From Atractiella rhizophila (lineage: Eukaryota): 64,000 bases of DNA. Made by a program: the position numbers and the translations under genes. This document shows, in pieces, positions 47,601 to 60,396 of the stretch (positions are counted from its first letter, which is position 1; each line of letters begins with the position of its first letter). The DNA is taken from assembly GCA_021432655.1 (NCBI GenBank), contig MU271253.1, positions 1 through 64,000 on the forward strand, given 5' to 3'. The notes beneath the pieces were generated by a model. The model was not told where the DNA came from and made no database searches. It was given only the letters and a program-made list of their open reading frames with translations.

Positions 47601-50600
47601 AGATGCTGACCGCGAGCTGCGTTGACGATGTCGCCCCCTCGCGTCCTTACCACGCGTCGAGTATTGGCCACTAGGCATCCTGGTCTGTCGGCCCAGCAAA
47701 CCAATTCGACTGAGACCAAAGTCAGTGAGCTTGAGATGCCCTTTAGAATCAACAAGGAGATTTTCCGGTTTCACGTCCCTACAGAATACATCAACAAGAG
47801 CGTGGGAGATAGGAAAAAGTTACCGATGCACGATCCCGGATTGATGCAGACCCTCCAATCCCAATATAATTTCTGCAACGTAAGACTTGGCATGCGACTC
47901 CTCCATCGGTCCCATGTTTTTAAGGTAAGCACCACAGTCTCCTCCGCTGAGATATTCCATAACCAGGTAGAGGTAATCCTTACTCTGGAATGTGTAGAAG
48001 AGCTTGACGACGAAGTCCGACTCAGCCTGATTCATCAGAATCATGCGCTCTGCCTTAACGTTTGTCACTTGATTTTTCGCTATCATATCTGATTTCTTAA
48101 GGACCTTAATTGCGTAATAGTCGCCTGTAGTCTTCTTCTTAGCAAGATAGACACTGCCAAAAGCGCCTTTGGAGATTGGCTTGAGGACCTCAAAATCCTT
48201 TATGGAAGATCCCTTCGACTTCGCTGACGGAACTGATGAGGGAATGCGAGGCGACATTGGAGCATTTAACATTGGGCTGCCCGCTTGCGACACTGAAGGG
48301 AAGGAGGCTTGGATGGGAGATACGGCAGGAGAAGGGATGCTTGGTGGAGGGAGAGAAAGGGGTGATGGACCTATGCTTACTCTTCTGTCATTTGTAGAAG
48401 AAGCACTGGCTGGAGGAGAGCTAGGGATCGGAGAGGTAGGCTGAGCAGTGACCGCGCCAGATGGCGAGAATTGAGTAGACGAATGTCGCGAGATGGCTGC
48501 CTCGACCGGTTCTTGAGCATACCAGCTTTGAACTTTAGCCTCCCACTCTTGGCGGATTCTTTCGGAATAGATAATGGTGTTCCGTAGTCGATTTACCGCA
48601 TTGACTTTGTAGCGTATCTGCGTTTCCGTGTCTTGCACCAACTGAGCTAGTGCTGGCTCATCAGTGGAGGGACGAATCCAATTGAGAACGAGGGAGATGT
48701 TGTTCTCAGAATCAGGTGAGAGCAACCGCTGCTTCTCAACCGGTTGGTCAGACTCTTCCTCCGTGATAGATGGGGTTTTGATATCACCCGCCGTTTGCAA
48801 AATCCCCTGAACGTCCTCAATGAGGCGCTTACGCATCTTCTTTAGGGTCAATTGTTGTTGTACACGGTTGAGCGGAGGTTGTCGTAGAGCGTCCCCAGAA
48901 TTTGTGTACGGTGCCGGGGATGGCGGAGGAGAGATGAGAGGCACACCCTGATATTCCAAAGGGACTGGAGTCGCCTTGTCAATATTGTCAAAGAGATCCC
49001 CAACTGTCGCTCGCATTTCCGCCAACTTTTCATTCGCGAAGACGACGTCAACCTCTAAGCGATGAGTCTCGCTACAAGTCTCATTATGCTTCTCGAAGAA
49101 CCACGACGGAATATCTCGCTCGCAGATCCTGCATAATTCGGTTCTTTGAGGGTATTGGAAAGGATTGAATGTTGGGCTGAATTCGCCGTCTGGTCGACTG
49201 GGTAGTGTCTTCGTCGCTTCTGCTGGCGCTGGCTCTGCTGCCTGTCGCACAACCCACATAGTATGGGAGTTGGCTCCAGTGAGGCGATCATGCATTAACA
49301 TCCCCTTCCCTTCCATACTGGCAAAAAGCACCTCCTCCAAAGCACCATCTCCATCGTCAATACTGCGAAGTATCAGTCGGAAGCGAACTTCAACAGTATG
49401 GGAATCGTCTGCTTCGAGCGCGTGGGTAGCTTCACGGAAGACAAACTGGTCATCCTCGTATAGAAAGTCCGTTATTGGCCGACCGATAGACACCACAGGA
49501 TCCAACCTAACCGAAAGATCAGGGCAAAGGTGCGAGTAGAAAACTAAACGTACCCAACGAGATGTAACCAGATCGGACTCACATACTGGACATGTTGATC
49601 CTTCAAGCTGAGCTCCAATAGTAAGGTGCCAGTTCGAGCCTGCTCAACGGCAGATTTAAAGGCGTCATTGGCAGGTTCCGCATTCGTGTCAACGACGGAA
49701 GGAGGAATCTTGAAATCCCCAGTCAGACTAGTGATATCTTCTGTAGTGTCCAGATCTTCTGACTCCAGGTGAGTCGTAGAGATGGAAGTCGGAATATGGC
49801 GCTTTGGCTCTCCGACATCAGCCACCACTGGGCTCGCCTTGGCTACGAAGAGGATCGGTTCAGTGTCGTGCTCGTCACCGCGATCAAAATTCCAGAATCC
49901 TTTCTCAGCTTCCCACCATTCAACCACCCTGCTTAAACCTGCAACAGCTAACAACAGCTGAACATACCACCCTCTGCAGGCCCAATCTGGATGATCATCC
50001 CATGCTGTGCCGATCTGCTGAACTCGCTGGATGAGTCCGGCGCAATGTCCAGGGTGATTTGTGAGTGAGGAGACCGGTGTATCGAGGATTTCTGTTGAAA
50101 CAGCAATGATGTCGAGCAGAGTTTGAACAAATGGGGAATTCTGTTGAGTGTCATTCACTGAGAAGGAGTTGTGGCCACTGCGGTTAGGAGAACTCCAATC
50201 TTGAGATCGATTCGGTAACATTGTCATCGGAGGTGGATCTCCAGGAATGGTAGGATGGATCATGGGAGAACGGGAGCGGGAAGTCGAACGCGAGCTCGAG
50301 ACCGACTCTGAATGTCGAGTGACCTGACTGTGGCTTCTGGCCAGTCGCGTAATATCGGCAGGTCGGGCATGGAAACCAGTCAATCGTTTCTCCGACTTGC
50401 TGGATCGAACTGGAGAATGAGTCTCAGAATAAGTTTGGGGACGCCCCATTGACTGCCGACGCTTGAGAGAGAGCGGATCTCTGCTTGTGGTAGGGCTAAT
50501 CGATGGACTTTGGTTCTCAGCGATGATTCGGCTGACTTGACCAGNNNNNNNNNNNNNNNNNNNNNNNNNTCCGCATTCGTGTCAACGACGGAAGGAGGAA

Positions 50601-53600
50601 TCTTGAAATCCCCAGTCAGACTAGTGATATCTTCTGTAGTGTCCAGATCTTCTGACTCCAGGTGAGTCGTAGAGATGGAAGTCGGAATATGGCGCTTTGG
50701 CTCTCCGACATCAGCCACCACTGGGCTCGCCTTGGCTACGAAGAGGATCGGTTCAGTGTCGTGCTCGTCACCGCGATCAAAAATTCCAGAATCCTTTCTC
50801 AGCTTCCCACCATTCAACCACCCTGCTTAAACCTGCAACAGCTAACAACAGCTGAAACATACCACCCTCTGCAGGCCCAATCTGGATGATCATCCCATGC
50901 TGTGCCGATCTGCTGAACTCGCTGGATGAGTCCGGCGCAATGTCCAGGGTGATTTGTGAGTGAGGAGAGACCGGTGTATCGAGGATTTCTGTTGAAACAG
51001 CAATGATGTCGAGCAGAGTTTGAACAAATGGGGAATTCTGTTGAGTGTCATTCACTGAGAAGGAGTTGTGGCCACTGCGGTTAGGAGAACTCCAATCTTG
51101 AGATCGATTCGGTAACATTGTCATCGGAGGTGGATCTCCAGGAATGGTAGGATGGATCATGGGAGAACGGGAGCGGGAAGTCGAACGCGAGCTCGAGACC
51201 GACTCTGAATGTCGAGTGACCTGACTGTGGCTTCTGGCCAGTCGCGTAATATCGGCAGGTCGGGCATGGGAACCAGTCAATCGTTTCTCCGACTTGCTGG
51301 ATCGAACTGGAGAATGAGTCTCAGAATAAGTTTGGGGACGCCCCATTGACTGCCGACGCTTGAGAGAGAGCGGATCTCTGCTTGTGGTAGGGCTAATCGA
51401 TGGACTTTGGTTCTCAGCGATGATTCGGCTGACTTGACCAGAGCCATCCTTCGGTGGTGGCGCCAACGAATTAGGTCGACTCCCACTCCTGCTCGGGACC
51501 TCGCCAATCTCCTCCATCCCACTCTCATCTCCTACATCCATTGCTCCATCGCTCTCCATAGCCAATTCGAAATCTGAAAGATCCATCCTGGAGGGTTCCG
51601 ATTTTGGCATGGAAGCGCTGTTTCGAACGCGAGAGAAAGCCAATGACTCCATCTGCAACTCCATTTCCACATGCGTGGTGATCCCTTGAATAATCTTCTT
51701 CAGTTCTTTATCGCAACTTTCCTTAGCAGCTTGAAGCCTCTGCTTTATTTGGGATCGTACAAAGGTCATTGAGAAAGAAGGGGAGATAACATTGCTCGTG
51801 CGCGGGCCAACCCTTGGCCTTGCAGGCACCGTAACACCAGCAGAAACGTGAGTGATAGAAGTGGGAAGAAGGGCTGGTGTTCGATCCCACACTGGGGAGT
51901 GGCCAGGGTGAGACCAGGCGTCGGCTCTTGAGAGGATACTGCATGTTGAATCGAGCTATGACGATTTGGCTTTTCTGTGAGGGCGAAAAAGTTCTTGCCG
52001 CTTGCACCGCCAGAAATAGATGACTCGGGAGACACCACTGATACCTTTTGATCATCGTTTGCGTGTCCCGATGCGAACTGAGAAGCTTGTGATCCATCCA
52101 ATTTGAGAGAAAGATTCGGATTGCGGCGCTTCGATTCGCTTCGGCTCTGAGTTTCGTCGACCTCCCCTTGAGTAGAGCCTATAAACGGACCAGAAGGTTG
52201 CATTGGAACCGATGCAATGTGAGGTGAAGGAAATTGAGTTGTGATTCTAGCGGCAGGAGCCAAAGCGCCACGATAAACTGGAGCAGGATGCTGCAATTCT
52301 ACAACCGAGGAGCTCTTACGGATTGGCTGTGGAGCTGCAGCTTCCTGATGAGATGGAAAGCGATTCAAATGTTCCCTCTGGACGTGCTCATAGATAGGAG
52401 ATGGCTCCTTTTCCTTCAAAGGATTAAAACTTGAACGCACGGCTGCCCACCAAGCATCAATCTTCGCTCCAAGATTGAGATTACGTCGTTTTCTGGGGGC
52501 ACCAGTGTGGGAGGAAGACTCCGTTTGGCTAGTAACCGACGGAGGAGGAGGCGGTGGGCGTTGAGGTGGCATACGAGACTGGTGCTGTGCTGCTGAATCG
52601 ACGACAGATATGCTTCGACGGCGAGGAGAATGGGCGCCTTCAGGGACCGAAGGGGTGTGAATTTGAGCCATTGACATGTTGACGTGATGAGTGGCCAAAG
52701 GCGAGTCTCCTTCAACAGAGACATCTGGCACTGACGCCTCATCAGAATCAGAAACTAGAAAATCTGAGAAAGATAACCCACAAGTTATAACATCCGTCAC
52801 ATCGTCGGACGCCTTTCGCGCGTGATGCTGAAAGTCTGCCTCTGATCGAGGACCAGACCTAAGGTGGGAGGGACCAGTATCCCCAACGTCGCCATCAGTG
52901 TGAGATCGATCCTCGTTGATGGTCGCTACGTCGCTCTCTTCTGATCTCAACTTCGCATCCTTCATCTTCTTATACTCCTCCAACCAATCAACCCATTCAA
53001 TTTCCTTCGGCTGCTCCTCCTCTCCCAGCCCATCTTCCAACACTTCGAGCTCCGAGCTACTGGACCCATCGTCCTCTTCTTCCCCTCCAGCTCCTGATCC
53101 AGTAAGAGGGAAGACTGGGATTCCGGCTCTCTTCCGCCTGGTATGCTGACCAGGCGACGGAACCCATTTCCGCAACTTGGCGTTCCGAGCCTGCATTATA
53201 ATTTTTGCGTATTCATCCGTACTAGGAGTAGCACCTGGGACAACACTCGTCCGATGGCTATTTCTCCTCGCCCCGTCTGTCGCCCCTGCCGAAACTGAAG
53301 CAGACAGATTCCACTCCGAATTGGAAGAGGCGACGATAGGACTTGCGTTTGGAGGATTAGGATACTGGCTGGTTAGACTCCTAGTGCTCTGCATGAGTGA
53401 CATATCGCCACTCGATGGAGAATTCTTTATGAAACTCCTGGAAAGAGTCGCCCGTTCGTCTCCCCCAGCACCGTGTTCTATCGAATACATGGTAGTGCTC
53501 CTATCTCGCCGCTTGTGACTGCCAAAATTCGGGCCTTGGGAACTTGCAAATGGAAAGATCGGTGAAAAGGCAGATCCGGCTCCTTGGGTGGACGATCCAG

Positions 53601-55841
53601 GCGTAATACTGGATATGGGAGAAGCGAGCACCCCAGTCCGTCCCCTCACATCCACACTGGTGTCGATAAGTCCCAACTTTTTTAGACTCGATATACTACC
53701 AATACTAATCCTCCTATTACTAGCATTGCTCGCTCTCCTTCCTAATGTCGCTCCACCCCCCCCCTCCTGTTACGCCTTCCACTGTTCCACTCGACCTCTT
53801 ACGCTCCCTGTCAAACGTCATCCCTATAGCCGTTGCCGGGGGGCTCACGCTCTCCCCCGCCAACGGAGCCTCTCTGTCCACACTGGTGCTGCTCTCGTTC
53901 GAAGTTTCTACGGGACTAGAAGCCCGACTCGCCATCGGAGTGGCAGGCACGGCGAGAGGAGGTGTCGAATCAGGGGTCGAGAGGTTAAGGAAACCTGGGA
54001 ATGGGGGAGAGGATTGGAGGTCCTGTGCCATCCTTACGGCAGTAGGGACCTTTTGGAGTTTAATGCTTTCGACCGGTGCAGGTGGTAGGGATGAGCTGAG
54101 GGAAAGCCGGTGATGAGCATGCCCAGGCGAGTTTGAATATAGACTACTCCTCCTAGATATAGGGGATGAGGATCCTTCCTTCTCCCTATCCCTCTCCAGC
54201 GCTCTCCCGCTCAACAACGAACTAGTTGGGCTTGCAGCGACTGGCGAATCTGTCACATTGGCGCCTCTGATGCTCGGACTGGTGCTTGTAGACAGAGGGA
54301 GCAGATGTCGCCTTCCCACCGTAAGACTTCCATCGCCACTACCAGTCGGAGGATGTCCCTTCCCAAGGGGTGTATCGGTCTCTTCTTCCTCCAGCACTCT
54401 TTCTGGCGTTAAGCTAGGTGGCATCGACCGCTTCCTCAACCTCCGCGCCTGAGGGGTAATCTGCTCCTCCCTCACTCCCATCGGCAAAGTGGTGGGAACG
54501 AGCATTGGGTCTGACACTTCGGAGATGGAGGGCGTAATAATGTCTGTGGGAAAGAATCCTTTGTCTTCAGCCTCATCCGCGGCGGATACCTCTGGAATGT
54601 CAGGGGATGAAAGACCGAGGGCATTATTTGATGGAGGAGGTGACGATTCGACGGTTGGGAGGGCGGGGATGGAATTGAAAGTCCTTAAGCTCGAAGAACG
54701 GGGCTGGAGAGAAAAGACGGCATGGCTCTGATCATGGTCCACTGTTCACCATGACAGCAAATTAACTGCTGTTCATACTTCTGATCATGAAGAGAAGACT
54801 CTTACTCCCTAAAGTAGCTCTCCTACGAGCTGCCCCGACCCTTCCACTCCCAACAACCATCTCCAAATTTCTCCTTTCCGTCGCACCTAATCCGCCCATT
54901 CCGCTCATTCCAGCAATTTCATCTTCATCGTCTCCCTCGTCCTCCTCCATAGCGGTCTGCGCATGGGCCAAAGGACTAGGATACAGCGGTGTGGTACTCA
55001 ACCTCAATCCTCCAGCTCCAGCTCTGTCTTCTCTCCCACCATATCCGCCAGTTGATCCAGACGCAGGAATATTGATTGGTGCTGTCCACGTCCCTCCTTC
55101 ATTCAAATCGCCGGTCGAGCTGCCCTCCTCTCCTCCAAATCCGAATCCAAACAACGTCCCAGTACCGCCACTACCCGTCCCACTACTTCCGCTCCCTGTA
55201 CTGGAAATACTGCTCTGTCTTCTTTTCTCCCTCTTCTCCCTTTTCTCTCTCTCGACTGATTTTTCTCTTCTCACCAAACCGGAATGCGGAACGACGTGTT
55301 TATTAGTTGGCGAATGGCTCGGCGAGGAGGTGGGCGACGAACCGCGGGAGGAGTAGCTTTGAGAAAGGGAAAGGGGAGTTGAATGTCTGTGCTGTGCATA
55401 GGAAGGAGGGTGTGGGGGTGGAGTGGTTGAGTGTTTGCCTGGTGGGGAAGTAGATAGGGAGGAAGGAAACAGGGGAACGCTTGTTCGGAGCGGTGATCGT
55501 TGGAGCGGTAGATTGGCAGGAGGAGAGAGGTTCGGCTGTGGAGGAGGTGAGGGCCTGAGCGTTGGCATAAGCGTGGTGGGAGAGATGGAGATGGGAACCG
55601 TGTGTGACTGTGCTGGCGCATGAAAGGTGTAACCGCTCGTCCGACCTGTTAATGGAGGTGTGATGGCTGGTCCCCGAGCGGAGGTTTCGAGATTAGTGTT
55701 TGTCGTTGTCGTTGTGTTTGGTGCTGATATAGCACCTGAGGGCAGTGATGTAACATTGTCGTTCGGATCGTCGAGTGGTGATTGTTGAGTGGAGAGAGGA
55801 GAAAAGTTGGGCAGTTCTGGGAGAAGAGGAGGAGAGGACAT
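44692..55841 (-). CDS. RIM15: Rim15/Cek1/Ppk18 (Greatwall-like) Ser/Thr kinase with PAS domain, zinc-finger-like motif, split AGC kinase domain and C-terminal receiver domain
   Basis: PAS region (VQYVSPIWLHLVG...), CRICERDIPSWFFEKHNETC, KPISKGAFGSVYLAKKKTTGDYYAIKVLKK, HR|DVKPENLL, DFGLS + long insert + GTPDYLAPE, and receiver domain LIAEDNPISAQIL...IFMDMQMP...VQKPV. The model is disturbed by two internal duplications, an N gap and a frameshift. Whether the far 5' low-complexity exons belong to this gene is less certain. Confidence 0.93.
46450..48153. repeat. Tandem duplication 2 x 852 nt inside the RIM15 kinase domain
   Basis: 46450-47301 vs 47302-48153; I saw only two differences, both synonymous. 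Confidence 0.95.
49677..51441. repeat. Duplication (868 vs 872 nt) flanking an N gap inside RIM15
   Basis: 49677-50544 vs 50570-51441. The second copy has three small insertions in runs (aaaaa, gaaac, gagaga) and one substitution. Confidence 0.95.
50545..50569. other. Assembly gap (25 N)
   Basis: Directly visible. Confidence 1.
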
Positions 55842-57419
55842 GTTGTTTGTTTCTTCTTCACCCTCCGAAATGAAAAGTTGAGTGTTAGAGGGTGAGACCG
55901 CACGAAATGTACACCGAACAGAAGAGATACGCTTTTAAATCTCCTAGAAATGGAAGGAGAGAAGAAGTTTTATAAAAGAAGACTGCGGCGTGCCGACCTT
56001 TTTCAAGGTGATGTGACGGGATGAATCAGAGACTCAGCATCATGAAATAGTGATGGATAAAGAATTTTAAAAACGATGAGAGGAATTGTTGGATGACTGT
56101 CCTGAGACTCGCGGGGAAAGATCTTCGTCAAGCGCCGTCGTGATGCTACTCAGACAACAACCCTCAACGGTCACCCCAACTCGAGCAACAAAAAAGTGAG
56201 ACAAACTAACCTGTTGTCCGCCCTATCCAGTCCAATCCAATGCAAATAAACAAGTTCCCCAGTCCTGATGTTATCCCAACGTCCCAACAATCTCGTCCGG
56301 TGTTCCTTTGATCCCAGTCACACTGGGGGTCGGGAGAGCTGTGGAAGCTCCTTCGAGCTGGTGTGGTTGAAGGGAATGTCGACTTTTGGCGCAGAGTACG
56401 TGAGGCGAGGTCGTCTTTTCTTGCGAATGGGAAACGGGAGAAGGGGGCCACAAGGACTGGGCTGGGGGGCCTCGGATGACGGCGTCGGACTAGTTTTCGG
56501 CTTTGAGCTTGCTGCAGGGCAGGGCAAAGGCAAGGCAAAGGAAGATATCAAAGTGCGCACTTGTTTGTCGTAAGGACTCTGGTGATCTGATGCGTGGCGT
56601 GATATCGTAAGCAGTGTGCTTTGCTTTTGTTCAAGGAATTGGCATGGTGGAAGGCAGCAACGAGGAAAAGAAGAGGCAGTGTTCATAAGGAGGCTTGGTA
56701 TAAAGGCTTACTTGATGAAAACATAGCTATGTCAGATGAAACTGCATACAAAGAGGCCCGAAGACCGTCTGTCTTCATTTTACAAAAGATGCAGAATGTC
56801 TAGTGCGAGATCGCAGCGGGGAATGGAAGAGCTTATCGCTCTATCACAAAGGTTAATCGAATGAATACTTATTCAGCCTCGATCGGTTTCATGAAGGTGA
56901 TTGAGAGAAGAAGCACTTCAGCTTTGCCGCTGCTTTCCTGAGGAGATTGCGGATGCACTATCAAGCGGAGGACGTCTATGACAGAGATGAGACATGGTGC
57001 AGGCGGAGACTGCCCGAGGCATCATTCGCCCTAGAATGCAACCTTTCCTAAATTCACGTACTTTTGGACTCGAAGTTTTACTTTGCAGCATTTGAGCCCC
57101 TAATATACTCTGCACACGTGAACTAAAAGGTCCTCTTTGTTGATCCGAATCTCGTTCCAGCTTTCAAATGACTCTCATTTCAGCGGCGACGTTTATTTCA
57201 TTCATGCCTGTGTCACTTATCTTTCTAAGCCAAGTAGTCGAAAAGGTCGGGCAATTACTGGGCTTGTCATTGTATTTATTGCTCCTGGTCTTTACAGGGT
57301 TTCGCTGCCATCTACTGTACCAGATGTTGGATTGGAGCTCTTTCTGCATGCATCAGCCCTGTTACTGCGTGTATCCCAACTCGAAGTCAAGCTAATCAGC
57401 TATATCGAGCTGCTCAAAT

Positions 57420-58450
57420 GAGGTTAACCACCTGCGTTCCTCACTGCTTCGTTCCGTCGGTTTGCCTCTTGGTCACGTTCTGTTCCAAAGGCATCCCTTC
57501 ATCGATTCCATTTCGCTCGTGAGCATGAGCGTGAGAGAAACAAAGCTCCTGGCAGCAGAGCTTGAGAGCTTCCAAACGTCAAGGTCCAGCTCCAGCTACA
57601 CCAAAAAAGCTTTTCGCATTCACACTCAGGGGCTTCTAGCCTCCTTTCCTCCTTCACCTCTCCTCACGACACCTGCACATGCAGACTCTCGTGGTCGGAC
57701 GGGCGATTGAGGTTGAACTACATTCTCGATTCGCGATGGAGGAGAAAAGGAAAGAAAGAAAACTTGCCATTCCATGCATGCACGAGATCCAGTGGGGCTC
57801 GCCGAGGTGAGGTCTTGTGACATCTCAGATCCTACGGCGGCAAGGAGAGTTTTCGCTTCTTTCTGGATTTTTTACCGGACTGCCTTCTTCTTCGTCGACG
57901 ATGTTCTAGTTCCGTCAAGCGGATAAGCTGTCAAGGAGGGGAACCGCTGATGCTTACTGTAAGGTGTTGCATTTTATAGACTCAATGGTTCAGGCGGCTT
58001 CCCTGATCCACCTCTTCTGCCTTCAAGTGACTCTACCTTCTCCAGTGTTGAAGCGAGCGGTGAGGGTGCGATAATGGCTAACAAATTGCGCTTTATCGTT
58101 ACGAGTTTCTGCTGAAATTCTAGCTTGACAGGAACATAGACTTGAAGCTACAGTGGCAAATATCTCTTTACGTTTCCTTATTCAACTTGCAGACGGAAGG
58201 TAGCCACTGTCTCTCGCATAGTCACTGTTTCAATTTGTCTGTCTCTGGCTCTCTTGATGCATTTGGTATGAGGCAGAATGGGTTCTCTACTGCAAGTGCA
58301 GATGTACAGTGGCGCGAAGCTCGAGAAGTTGAAGCTGAAACCTGACCCGAACGGCGCAGACGTGTTGATAGCAGATTGTAGTGTTCTTTTCCAAAGATTT
58401 ATGTTCCGACCAGCTTGTTCCTTGTCTGAAGATACCATCAACTTATGTTT
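57420..58450 (-). pseudogene. Possible decayed multi-exon gene of unknown family
   Basis: Coding-like frame with stops (..FVSHYRTLTARFNTGEGRVT*RQKRWIREAA*TIESIKC|..KKKAVR*KIQKEAKTLLAAVG..) punctuated by a GTAAGC..TAG intron-like spacer. Confidence 0.3.
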
Positions 58451-58945
58451 ACATGCTACTCCTTTGTGTGTTTTTGTCGTTTGATGTTGTTCTCGATTTT
58501 GATCGGAGGTCGGTTACAAAAGTCACGGGGCAACCGTCGACCATGCAGACTCTTCAAACGGCGGCTCTTTTCTGTTAATGTTGTCCTGCTTCATCTCCAC
58601 AAGGAGCTACGTTCGCCCACTGGAGTCAGCATTTCCTACACAGGCCGTCCCTCCTTCGATACATGGCAGCACGGACCAAAGGTCCGAAACTCTGCGTTTT
58701 CCCCGACAATGGGCCCAGCTCGCTCGACGCCGCGCTTTACCGTTGCGTACGACAAGCATTTGCACCTGGCAGTACCTTGGGCCGGAGTTGTAATCCTCCG
58801 TTGTTACAACTCCAACTAGAGCCTGTGAGCTGGGGACTGACCCATCAATGCTTTAACTATCTCCTTCATGGTCCTGGCGTTGTAGTTGCCAGCATATAAG
58901 AGACGTTCCAGATGATACCAGTCATTACTTCCTTCATATTTGATC

Positions 58946-59589
58946 ATGTCTCTGCAGACTGCTAGCATGGAGAAGAGAAAAGTGGCAGAGGGTCAGAATA
59001 AGAACAAGAGAACACGCTCTGCTCTCAGTTGCAAATTTTGCCGTCCGTTTCTTCCCTTTCTTCTAGTAGGGATTTGATTCATGTTGGCCTTTCAGGAGAA
59101 CGAAGAGTGCGATGTGATAGAGAGATGCAATGTGGATCATGCACGGCTCGAGGACTTCGCTGTGAATGGGCAGAGGGCGTGACACCGTATGCCTCTTCAG
59201 AGTTCCATGGCGAAAGTTTTGAAAAATATCTAAATTTTAGCACCGGGCGCATGATCAATAGAGATTTACAGAACCTAAGAAACGAAGTGCAGCATTTGAA
59301 GCATGCCCTCGCGAAACGAGAAGCAGAGGTGGCGAGATATCGAGAGATCAACCCCACGATGCCGCTGATAACTCCCCCACTTTACCACTCCAGCGAGATC
59401 GCTTCGATATCTCCTCCACATATCATGGTTGGAAATAACGTAGCGCACCTTCATCGGCGGCAAATTGAGAATAGAGAGCGTGAGGATATCGCACAAAGTG
59501 CAGTTTTCAAAGATTTTTTTCATACCATCTTTTCGACAGCACCGCCGCCACACCATGTCTCTCAAGCACTCGCGAGGACTATGGAATAA
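58946..59589 (+). CDS. Short Zn(II)2Cys6 transcription factor with coiled coil (family member 2)
   Basis: KRTRSALSCKFCR|ERRVRCDREMQCGSCTARGLRCEWAEGVTP|TGRMINRDLQNLRNEVQHLKHALAKREAEVARYR...FKDFFHTIFS; two introns. Confidence 0.9.
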
Positions 59590-60396
59590 AGAGCACCTTC
59601 AAAATATCTGCTGATTCTGTTGAGCGGCGCAACCCGAGTCGCTCCAGTTGAGAGTGAACCGAGTACACTTCCGTAGCTTGCGCCAACATCCCAACTCGAA
59701 CCTATGTTTGCCACTACTTTGGTGTTATAAGTGTTCGCTTTGTCTCTTCTTACAGTGGATCAATGAGTCAACGGCGTTGTTTGCTTCGAGGACGCGCTTT
59801 GACCGTTGGGATGATGAATGCAAGTGGAGAGCCATGCTTACACCCCGGGTTCCTTCCTTCTTCTCTCCACTCGCGAATCGATGTGCGCGTTAATGCACGC
59901 TCTGAAGTACTGTGCACTTTGTTCAAAATGTCAAGTGTCTTCCTGTATGAGATTTCAGTTCAATTTACATGGAGAGCACGTCGGCCAGATCGGAGGTCGG
60001 ATAACGATTTGAAAGATGCTGCCGAAGTGGCAGACAACGAGGCGGGAATCTGGATCGCGCGAAAGGTCACCATCTCCTGCTTGCGGCCTGTAAAGGTATT
60101 GTTCTCACGAGAGCACTCGACCTGCAAGCCCGCCCGTCAATCCATTCGGCGCACCGAGACAATGCCATCACCCAGTCGACCGCAACATGACAAGCCCACT
60201 CGCCCTGCGAGAACAAAGCTAGAGCGTTCTCGAGCGTGCCCTGGATCGGAGCAGATGACGGAGTTGCGATACCTCCTTGATCTGAAAGCTCATTCACTTA
60301 GGTTTTGCAGCGAGGGAGAATGCTATCCCGTACCTTGTCAAGCAGTATAAGAGAGTTTCTATGTCTTTATTACTTCTTTAATCCCCGAAAAACGCA

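Noticed and set aside
56206..56686. Overlapping ~110-120 aa ORFs upstream of RIM15
   Set aside because: No clear gene model or domain.
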